From the NCBI GenBank assembly GCA_032718475.1, contig JAUCBJ010002363.1:1-36568 (forward strand): 36,568 nt of DNA. The letters run 5' to 3'. The stretch's first letter is position 1. Every line of letters begins with the position of its first letter. The notes beneath the pieces are model-generated. The model did no database searches and was not told where the DNA came from. It saw only the letters and a program-made list of their open reading frames with translations. The translations under genes and the position numbers were made by a program. This stretch comes from Nemertoderma westbladi. Its lineage: Eukaryota; Animalia; Xenacoelomorpha. This document shows, one piece after another, positions 1 through 11,042 of this stretch.

Positions 1-20
1 TTATTATTATTATTATTATT
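1..20. repeat. (TTA)n microsatellite, cut by the window edge
   Basis: ttattattattattattatt read directly. Confidence 0.9.
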
Positions 21-105
21 GGTAATCTCGCATCGCCAACTATGTTGGTAAAATGCCACTGGTCCCATTTTCGGTGGGTAATGTAAGGGAATTGAATCCG
101 CTTAC

Positions 106-506
106 ACCCCCGGACAGTAGCCCCCGGACAGTAGCCCCCGGACAGTAGCCCCCGGAGAGTAGCCCCAGACAATAGCCCCCCGGATAGTAGCCCCCCCGGA
201 CAGTAACCCCCCGGACAGTAACCCCCCGGACAATAGCTCCCCGGACAGTAGCCCCCAGACAATAGCCCCCCGGACAGTAGCCCCCGGAGAGTAGCCCCCA
301 GACAATAGCCCCCCGGACAGTAGCCCACCGGACAGTAACACCCCGGACAGTAACCCCCCGGACAGTAACCCCCCGGACAGTAACCCCCCGGACAGTAACC
401 CCCCGGACAGTAACCCCCTGGACAGTAACCCACCGGACAGTAGCCCCCGAACAGTAGCCCCCGGACAGTAGCCCCCGGACAATAGCCCCCCGGTACAGTA
501 GTCCCC
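106..506. repeat. 15-16 bp C-rich minisatellite, consensus CCCCCGGACAGTAGC, about 26 copies
   Basis: Repeated cccc(c)ggacagta(g/a)c units with variable C-run length; explains the low-complexity minus-strand ORFs 40-510. Confidence 0.95.
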
Positions 507-796
507 ACATACAAACTGAGGCTAAAAACGTTTTGTTAACCGTGGCATTATCCCTGAGGATTCCTGAAAGTTACACAGGATATACAATAATGGATAGGCC
601 CCACATACAAGCAATGAGGTGCTAAACTATGATGGCACTTTATTTCGAGAAGGCAGCTTCACCTTGCAATACCGGGTGCTCAAAGACATCAGCCGGGTAA
701 TTTCGGGAAAGTCAACCTTTTCACAATCTTGTACCATGGCAATCACAATGTACCACTCACAATAATTTACCTTAAACTTGATATAATTTTAAATTT

Positions 797-3700
797 TATA
801 TTATGTTTTTAGACCTTGTGATGTTTCTATTTCTGTATATATTAGGTGTATATATTATGTTTTTAGACCTTGTGATGTTTCTATTTCTGTATATATTATG
901 TTTTTAGACCTTGTGATGTTTCTATTTCTGTATATATTATGTTTTTAGACCTTGTGATGTTTCTATTTCTGTATATATTATGTTTTTAGACCTTGTGATG
1001 TTTCTATTTCTGTATATATTATGTTTTTAGACCTTGTGATGTTTCTATTTCTGTATATATTATGTTTTTAGACCTTGTGATGTTTCTATTTCTGTATATA
1101 TTATGTTTTTAGACCTTGTGATGTTTCTATTTCTGTATATATTATGTTTTTAGACCTTGTGATGTTTCTATTTCTGTATATATTATGTTTTTAGACCTTG
1201 TGATGTTTCTATTTCTGTATATATTATGTTTTTAGACCTTGTGATGTTTCTATTTCTGTATATATTATGTTTTTAGACCTTGTGATGTTTCTATTTCTGT
1301 ATATATTATGTTTTTAGACCTTGTGATGTTTCTATTTCTGTATATATTATGTTTTTAGACCTTGTTATGTTTCTATTTCTGTATATATTATGTTTTTAGA
1401 CCTTGTGATGTTTCTATTTCTGTATATATTATGTTTTTAGACCTTGTGATGTTTCTATTTCTGTATATATTATGTTTTTAGACCTTGTGATGTTTCTATT
1501 TCTGTATATATTATGTTTTTAGACCTTGTGATGTTTCTATTTCTGTATATATTATGTTTTTAGACCTTGTGATGTTTCTATTTCTGTATATATTATGTTT
1601 TTAGACCTTGTGATGTTTCTATTTCTGTATATATTATGTTTTTAGACCTTGTGATGTTTCTATTTCTGTATATATTATGTTTTTAGACCTTGTGATTTTC
1701 TATTTCTGTATATATTATGTTTTTAGACCTTGTGATGTCTCTATTTCTGTATATATTATGTTTTTAGACCTTGTGATGTTTCTATTTCTGTATATATTAT
1801 GTTTTTAGACCTTGTGATGTTTCTATTTCTGTATATATTATGTTTTTAGACCTCGTGATGTTTCTATTTCTGTATATATTATGTTTTTAGACCTTGTGAT
1901 GTTTCTATTTCTGTATATATTATGTTTTTAGACCTTGTGATGTCTCTATTTCTGTATATATTATGTTTTTAGACCTTGTGATGTTTCTATTTCTGTATAT
2001 ATTATGTTTTTAGACCTTGTTATGTTTCTATTTCTGTATATATTATGTTTTTAGACCTTGTGATTTTCTATTTCTGTATATATTATGTTTTTAGACCTTG
2101 TGATGTTTCTATTTCTGTATATATTATGTTTTTAGACCTTGTGATGTTTCTATTTCTGTATATATTATGTTTTTAGACCTTGTTATGTTTCTATTTCTGT
2201 ATATATTATGTTTTTAGACCTTGTGATTTTCTATTTCTGTATATATTATGTTTTTATACCTTGTGATTTTCCATTTCTGTATATATTATGTTTTTAGACC
2301 TTGTGATGTTTCTATTTATGTATATATTATGTTTTTAGACCTTGTGATGTTTCTATTTCTGTATATATTATGTTTTTAGACCTTGTTATGTTTCTATTTC
2401 TGTATATATTATGTTTTTAGACCTTGTGATGTTTCTATTTCTGTATATATTATGTTTTTAGACCTTGTGATGTTTCTATTTCTGTATATATTATGTTTTT
2501 AGACCTTGTGATGTTTCTATTTCTGTATATATTATGTTTTTAGACCTTGTGATGTTTCTATTTCTGTATATATTATGTTTTTAGACCTTGTGATGTTTCT
2601 ATTTCTGTATATATTATGTTTTTAGACCTTGTGATGTTTCTATTTCTGTATATATTATGTTTTTAGACCTTGTGATGTTTCTATTTCTGTATATATTATG
2701 TTTTTAGACCTTGTTATGTTTCTATTTCTGTATATATTATGTTTTTAGACCTTGTGATTTTCTATTTCTGTATATATTATGTTTTTAGACCTTGTGATGT
2801 CTCTATTTCTGTATATATTATGTTTTTAGACCTTGTGATGTTTCTATTTCTGTATATATTATGTTTTTAGACGTTGTGATGTTTCTATTTCTGTATATAT
2901 TATGTTTTTAGACCTTGTGATGTTTCTATTTCTGTATATATTATGTTTTTAGACCTTGTTATGTTTCTATTTCTGTATATATTATGTTTTTAGACCTTGT
3001 GATTTTCTATTTCTGTATATATTATGTTTTTATACCTTGTGATTTTCCATTTCTGTATATATTATATTTTTAGACCTTGTGATGTTTCTATTTCTGTATA
3101 TATTATGTTTTTAGACCTTGTGATGTTTCTATTTCTGTATATATTATGTTTTTAGACCTTGTGATGTTTCTATTTCTGTATATATTATGTTTTTAGACCT
3201 TGTTATGTTTCTATTTCTGTATATATTATGTTTTTAGACCTTGTGATTTTCTATTTCTGTATATATTATGTTTTTATACCTTGTGATTTTCCATTTCTGT
3301 ATATATTATATTTTTAGACCTTGTGATGTTTCTATTTCTGTATATATTATGTTTTTAGACCTTGTGATGTTTCTATTTCTGTATATATTATGTTTTTAGA
3401 CCTTGTGATGTTTCTATTTCTGTATATACTATGTTTTTAGACCTTGTGATGTTTCTATTTTTGTATATATTATGTTTTTAGACCTTGTTATGTTTCTATT
3501 TCTGTATATATTCTGTTTTTAGACCTTGTTATGTTTCTATTTCTGTATATATTATGTTTTTAGACCTTGTGATTTTCTATTTCTGTATATATTATGTTTT
3601 TAGACCTTGTGATGTCTCTATTTCTGTATATATTATGTTTTTAGACCTTGTGATGTTTCTATTTCTGTATATATTATGTTTTTAGACCTTGTGATGTTTC

Positions 3701-6083
3701 TATTTCTGTATATATTATGTTTTTAGACCTTGTGATGTTTCTATTTCTGTATATATTATGTTTTTAGACCTTGTGATGTTTCTATTTCTGTATATATTAT
3801 GTTTTTAGACCTTGTGATGTTTCTATTTCTGTATATACTATGTTTTTAGACCTTGTGATGTTTCTATTTTTGTATATATTATGTTTTTAGACCTTGTGAT
3901 GTTTCTATTTCTGTATATATTATGTTTTTAGACCTTGTGATGTTTCTATTTCTGTATATATTATGTTTTTAGACCTTGTGATGTTTCTATTTCTGTATAT
4001 ACTATGTTTTTAGACCTTGTGATGTTTCTATTTTTGTATATATTATGTTTTTAGACCTTGTTATGTTTCTATTTCTGTATATATTATGTTTTTAGACCTT
4101 GTGATGTTTCTATTTCTGTATATATTATGTTTTTAGACCTTGTTATGTTTCTATTTCTGTATATATTATGTTTTTAGACCTTGTGATTTTCTATTTCTGT
4201 ATATATTATGTTTTTAGACCTTGTGATGTCTCTATTTCTGTATATATTATGTTTTTAGACCTTGTGATGTTTCTATTTCTGTATATATTATGTTTTTAGA
4301 CCTTGTGATGTTTCTATTTCTGTATATATTATGTTTTTAGACCTTGTGATGTTTCTATTTCTGTATATATTATGTTTTTAGACCTTGTGATGTTTCTATT
4401 TCTGTATATATTATGTTTTTAGACCTTGTGATGTTTCTATTTCTGTATATACTATGTTTTTAGACCTTGTGATGTTTCTATTTTTGTATATATTATGTTT
4501 TTAGACCTTGTTATGTTTCTATTTCTGTATATATTATGTTTTTATACCTTGTGATTTTCCATTTCTGTATATATTATATTTTTAGACCTTGTGATGTTTC
4601 TATTTCTGTATATATTATGTTTTTAGACCTTGTGATGTTTCTATTTCTGTATATATTATGTTTTTAGACCTTGTGATTTTCTATTTCTGTATATATTATG
4701 TTTTTAGACCTTGTGATGTCTCTATTTCTGTATATATTATGTTTTTAGACCTTGTGATGTTTCTATTTCTGTATATATTATGTTTTTAGACCTTGTGATG
4801 TTTCTATTTCTGTATATATTATGTTTTTAGACCTTGTGATGTTTCTATTTCTGTATATATTATGTTTTTAGACCTTGTGATGTTTCTATTTCTGTATATA
4901 TTATGTTTTTAGACCTTGTGATGTTTCTATTTCTGTATATACTATGTTTTTAGACCTTGTGATGTTTCTATTTTTGTATATATTATGTTTTTAGACCTTG
5001 TGATGTTTCTATTTCTGTATATATTATGTTTTTAGACCTTGTGATGTTTCTATTTCTGTATATATTATGTTTTTAGACCTTGTGATGTTTCTATTTCTGT
5101 ATATACTATGTTTTTAGACCTTGTGATGTTTCTATTTTTGTATATATTATGTTTTTAGACCTTGTTATGTTTCTATTTCTGTATATATTATGTTTTTAGA
5201 CCTTGTGATGTTTCTATTTCTGTATATATTATGTTTTTAGACCTTGTTATGTTTCTATTTCTGTATATATTATGTTTTTAGACCTTGTGATTTTCTATTT
5301 CTGTATATATTATGTTTTTAGACCTTGTGATGTCTCTATTTCTGTATATATTATGTTTTTAGACCTTGTGATGTTTCTATTTCTGTATATATTATGTTTT
5401 TAGACCTTGTGATGTTTCTATTTCTGTATATATTATGTTTTTAGACCTTGTGATGTTTCTATTTCTGTATATATTATGTTTTTAGACCTTGTGATGTTTC
5501 TATTTCTGTATATATTATGTTTTTAGACCTTGTGATGTTTCTATTTCTGTATATACTATGTTTTTAGACCTTGTGATGTTTCTATTTTTGTATATATTAT
5601 GTTTTTAGACCTTGTTATGTTTCTATTTCTGTATATATTATGTTTTTAGACCTTGTGATGTTTCTATTTCTGTATATATTATGTTTTTAGACCTTGTTAT
5701 GTTTCTATTTCTGTATATATTATGTTTTTAGACCTTGTTATGTTTCTATTTCTGTATATATTATGTTTTTAGACCTTGTGATGTTTCTATTTCTGTATAT
5801 ATTATGTTTTTAGACCTTGTTATGTTTCTATTTCTGTATATATTATGTTTTTAGACCTTGTGATTTTCTATTTCTGTATATATTATGTTTTTAGACCTTG
5901 TTATGTTTCTATTTCTGTATATATTATGTTTTTAGACCTTGTGATGTTTCTATTTCTGTATATATTATGTTTTTAGACCTTGTGATGTTTCTATTTCTGT
6001 ATATATTATGTTTTTAGACCTTGTTATGTTTCTATTTCTGTATATATTATGTTTTTAGACCTTGTGATGTTTCTATTTCTGTA
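797..6083 (+). repeat. 41-bp tandem array, about 129 copies; unit is 16 nt of intron end with the AG acceptor plus the first 25 nt of exon 6059-7208
   Basis: Unit TATATTATGTTTTTAG|ACCTTGTGATGTTTCTATTTCTGTA. AGs end at 866 and 907 (period 41). The last copy runs straight into unique coding sequence at 6084. Confidence 0.97.
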
Positions 6084-7208
6084 CTATTGAATCTGCAACA
6101 ATCTGAAGAATCAGACCTTCTGAGCTTGATGGTGTTTCGTCTTCTAAGTTTATCCGATTGGCTGAATACATTAGAAAGCCGAACCAATGACATGCGAGAG
6201 GCCATGTGCAGCTCGCAGAACGGAAACCTATCCGCGTTTTATTCTAAGTTAAGAGAAAATATTAATATAATCTTGTTAAGCTCATCGGACAGCCCCATCA
6301 ACATCACCTGTAGTGAGTTCTACCAAGAAGTGATAAAGTTGAACAATTCCTTACAGAATACGGATTGGTCAACGGTTTGGTCCAATACCGAGGCGACTGT
6401 TGAATGCTTCCCTTCTGCATTGGTCGTTTATGATTCCTTAGGACTAAATGATGTTCTAGAAACATTAAACATGATTCAGACGTTGTTAACAGAATCCATC
6501 GAATTAACCAATAACTTAGCCACAGATGCTATCAGCCAATTAGCTACGATCGCTCAAGGCAACAACATTACTATTGGGTCTCTAGTATTCAATGTCACTG
6601 ATACAAGAGAATACCTGATACAATACTCCAACATATCCGAATCCGAAGTAGATTCTATTCTACAAACACTGGTTCCTATAGAAACTCTATTCGAAGTTCT
6701 AGATAATTTCGAATCTCTCGATGACAAACTCCCGGATATAATATGCAACCCAAATCAAGACCTCATTAGCAATCCTATATGCGAGTTTAATGACAATGAC
6801 GTCCTAGAGAAAGTTATAGAGCATATTAACCCCGACGAGATTCTATACGCTATGCAAAGTGTTTATGTAGATGGAAGTGATTTCGTATATATTTTAAACC
6901 AATTAGTCAACTATTACTCCAACGCAACTTCCATCTTCACCGAATCGGTTTCCCTTCAACTTATATTAGAAGAATCGACCAAGACAAACCAACTCGGGTT
7001 CCTACAATACCTGCCGGTTATTAGGGAGTTTGTGTATTCTGGAACACCAGTTACCAGGTTATTCGATCTGACAGATGAACTTGTATTAAACCTCGAACAT
7101 CGCTACAGTGGTTCCCTCGTAATACGCGACCTCGCTCGACTTGTCAACTGGTTACGCTCCTTCAAGAGTTTTGCTAAACTTATGACTTTTAATTTGCCAG
7201 AATTTTCG
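6059..7208 (+). CDS. ABCA-family (ABCA1/ABCA12-like) transporter, ECD1 exon a (1150 bp)
   Basis: Long non-repetitive ORF (PCDVSISVLLNLQQ...FNLPEFS) with many N-x-S/T sequons. Acceptor ttttag at 6057-58 and donor tcg|gtaagt at 7209 (phase 0). The exact 5' boundary is inferred. Confidence 0.85.
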
Positions 7209-7797
7209 GTAAGTTAACTTATTACATTACTTACGTACAATACCGGTAGTTACTAATATTTAAATTCCTAAATATTACTAATACTTGAAATTATGAGTTT
7301 AATGATATTTTTAACATATTGCGTGAATAGAGTAGCACATTTCAGCTTTATTACCGGTATATATTTGTGTACCGAAATAAAGCCAGCGTAGATGGAGGTT
7401 TACATATAAATTTATCATTTATCGCGGAAAAACGAAGCATATCTGTTTGTATACATTTTATGATATCCATGTCGGTTAATTAAGAAATTAGATTATGGCA
7501 AAATTACAGGGTTCCGAGATTAAATTAAACGTAAATTTTATTTTTTGTTAAAATTTCAATGGAACTGACTATTAATTGTTATAGATCTAGAGATTATTAT
7601 CTATTTAAATGAGGCAAAACAAATTATCTATCTTATCGATTGGAATAAGAGAGTTATGGGATAACATAACTGGGTTATAAAAGGGTTAGTCTGTACAATT
7701 AATATACAGTAGCTCATTGTGAGTTTTACATACATGTAGTCCTGTACATTTATACATAAGGAATCCTGTTTAAGAGTAAGGTTTTCGGGTTGTTTAG

Positions 7798-8091
7798 GTT
7801 CGAGATATGCTGTCTAACACGAGCAGCATAGTCGAATATCTAACGGATACAGTTGGACTTAGCGACGACACTGCCAACGGGATGTTAGACAGCCGTCCCA
7901 ACCTGCTACACATACTGGACGTGGACGTAACCAACTCAATGGACATTGTGTGCGAACCATCGAGGTTGGCCAAGGTTCTCTTGTTCCAGGAAGAGGTCAA
8001 TGTTACTGGGATCAGTGAGGAGTTGTGTGAGATGGCGTTGGACAATTTAGAGGAAATTATTCAAGTCGCTATAAATAATATTGATTTAGAG
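7798..8091 (+). CDS. ABCA-family transporter, exon b
   Basis: tgtttag|gtt to gag|gttggt, phase 0/0. VRDMLSNTSSIVEYLTDTVGLS...DIVCEPSRL...ELCEM...NNIDLE resembles the ABCA1 ECD1 segment LQDFLVDNETFSGFL...LC...ELCGLP (recalled). Confidence 0.88.
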
Positions 8092-8434
8092 GTTGGTTAT
8101 TGTTTTGGTTATATTGTAATGAGTAAATAATTGCAAGGCCACGCCTGAGATTGGTCCCCTAAGTTATTTAACCTAATAGTATTATACTAAGTTGCATACC
8201 GAATATCCTTCTAATGATAATTAACAGTTTGTTGTAAATAATTATATATATTCTAACATTACTAATGGCTCATTTTTTTTTCTTCTTTTTTTTAGTAAAT
8301 GGTCTGATTATTATATTTTATAATTAGTATCACGTTTCCCTGGCAATAAATAAATATCAGTTTAAACAGTCTATGTTCTGAGCTTCGATCGTATACTTAT
8401 TTCTTCCCTTTTCAACATATTATTTTCAATATAT

Positions 8435-9549
8435 TACACATACATACCCACATACACCCCAACATACATACACACATACACACACACATACATACATACA
8501 TACACACATACATACTCCCCCACATACATACACACATACACCCCCACACACATACATACACACATACATACATACATACACCCCCACATACATACACACA
8601 TACACCCCCACATACATACATACACACATACATACATACATACACCTCCACATACATACACACATACACACCCACATACATACATACACATACATACATA
8701 CATACACCCCCACATACATACACACATACACACACACATACATACATACACACATACACCCCTACATACACCCCCACATACATACACACATACACACACA
8801 CATACATACATACACACATACATACATACATACACCCCCACATACATACACACATACATACATACATACATACACCCCCACATACATACACACATACACA
8901 CACACATACATACATACATACACCCCCACATATATACACACATACACACATACATACATACATACACCCCCACATACATACACACATACACACCCACATA
9001 CATACATACACATACATACATACATACACCCCCACATACATACACACATACACACACACATACATACATACACACATACATACATACATACACCCCCACA
9101 TACATACACACATACACACACACATACATACATACACACATACATACACCCCCACATACATACACACATACATACATACATACATACACCCCCACATACA
9201 TACACACATACACACACACATACATACATACATACACCCCCACATATATACACACATACACACACACATACATACATACACCCCCACATACATACACACA
9301 TACACACCCACATACATACATACATACACCCCCACATACATACACACATACACACACACATACATACATACATACACCCCCACATATATACACACATACA
9401 CACACACATACATACATACACCCCCACATACATACACACATACACACACACATAGACACACACATACACACACACATACACACACACATACATACACCCC
9501 CACATACACCCCCACATACATACACACATACACACACACATACATACAC
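8435..9549. repeat. Compound (CA)n/(CATA)n microsatellite punctuated by CCCCCA
   Basis: Read directly; source of the spurious M/Y/V/C/G-rich minus-strand ORFs. Confidence 0.97.
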
Positions 9550-9592
9550 GAATTTTACTGTTTATTTTTTGGTACATTTATTTTCTCTGCAG

Positions 9593-9758
9593 AGAATCAA
9601 AGAATCCTTCATCACTCAGGTAGTTAATATGACCAGCGATGAGATGAGCGACATTGTCGACGATATCAATGTTGTTGTCGGTATCGGCGGCAGTTTGAAA
9701 CCGTTAACCACGGTGATGGAAGACCTTCAAGATATTATTAGTATCGATAACAAACAAA
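9593..9758 (+). CDS. ABCA-family transporter, exon c
   Basis: ttttctctgcag|aga to caa a|gtaaga, phase 0/1. Encodes RIKESFITQVVNMTSDEM...IDNKQ. Confidence 0.87.
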
Positions 9759-9976
9759 GTAAGAGTTTTTGTCTAGATTGTTATGTAGAATGCTTTGGTT
9801 TCCCTAAGTTACCAGGGAGAGATTGCTTTACTTGGAGTCATACACACATTGTTCGTCCTAATCTTACGAAATGTTTCAGTATTTGCGGTATATTTAATTA
9901 ATAATTTATAACAGCTATATTTTTTAATAATAATTTATTGAATGGTTTATGAAATATTTAATAAATGATATTTTAG

Positions 9977-10132
9977 ACCAACTCAACGACTCTTCCTCTG
10001 CTACACTGAGGGCGGTGGCTTCCTCTGCTGAACTAATGTGCGGCAACTTAAGCTCCGCAGTCAAAGGGATAGAAGACAAAATAGCGAAACTAGACGAAGT
10101 TAAACGGAGGAGAAAACGTCAAAGTGACAAAG
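9977..10132 (+). CDS. ABCA-family transporter, exon d
   Basis: ttttag|ac caa to aaa g|gttagt, phase 1/1. Encodes QLNDSSSATLRAVASSAELMCGNL...KRRRKRQSDK. Confidence 0.87.
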
Positions 10133-10798
10133 GTTAGTCAGCTGCTGGACGTATAAAGGTCAGTCAGCAGCTGGACGTATAAAGGTCAGTCAGCTGCTAG
10201 CCGTATAAAGGTCAGTCAGCAGCTGGACGTATAAAGGTCAGTCAGATGCTGGACGTATAAAGGTTAGTCAGCTGCTGGACGTATTAAGGTCAGTCAGCAG
10301 CTGGACGTATAAAGGTCAGTCAGCTGCTAGCCGTATAAAGATCAGTCAGCTGCTGGACGTATAAAGGTTAGTCAGCTGCTGGACGTATAAAGGTCAGTCA
10401 GCAGCTGGACGTATAAAGGTCAGTCAGCAGCTGGACGTATAAAGGTCAGTCAGCTGCTGGACGTATAAAGATCAGTCAGCTGCTGGACGTATAAAGGTCA
10501 GTCAGCAGCTGGACGTATAAAGGTCAGTCAGCTACTGGACGTATAAAGATCAGTCAGCTGCTGGACGTATAAAGGTCAGTCAGCAGCTGGACGTATAAAG
10601 GTCAGTCAGCAGCTGGACGTATAAAGGTCAGTCAGCAGCTGGACGTATAAAGGTCAGTCAGCTGCTGGACGTATAAAGGTCAGTCAGCAGCTGGACGTAT
10701 AAAGGTCAGTCAGCAGCTGGACGTATAAAGGTCAGTCAGCTGCTGGACGTATAAAGGTCAGTCAGCAGCTGGACGTTTAAAGGTCAGTCAGCTGCTGG
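10129..10798 (+). repeat. 26-bp tandem array, about 26 copies, containing the exon d donor
   Basis: Unit AAAG|GTYAGTCAGCWGCTGGACGTAT. The first copy is the real exon-intron junction. A G16 run follows at 10801-10816. Confidence 0.95.
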
Positions 10799-10912
10799 GA
10801 GGGGGGGGGGGGGGGGTCGGGTAATGTACCGGTATCATAATGAACTAGAACATACTAGTTATATACTAGTCTTTAGTTGAGTTTAACTGTAATTAACTGC
10901 GTTTTTTTGTAG

Positions 10913-11042
10913 AAACTTCGACCTGCGATCTCGTTGATATACTATTCGACGACGACGACGCTTATAACCAACTCATTCGGGTTTATATAAAAACATTCCT
11001 TCAAGGCAAAGTGCTATACGCCCCGGACAATGAGTGGACAAG
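10913..11042 (+). CDS. ABCA-family transporter, exon e (not in the ORF track)
   Basis: tttttttgtag|aa to aca ag|gtagga, phase 1/2. TSTCDLVDILFDDDDAYNQLIRVYIKTFLQGKVLYAPDNEWT matches the ABCA motif LKPLLxGKILYTPD (recalled from ABCA1). Confidence 0.92.

Noticed and set aside
598-696. Possible extra exon (APHTSNEVL...KDISR|gtaatt)
   Set aside because: The acceptor is poor and the phase-0 donor does not fit the phase-2 start of exon a.
8412-9577. Cys/Val/Met/Tyr-rich minus-strand ORFs
   Set aside because: Translations of the (CA)/(CATA) microsatellite.
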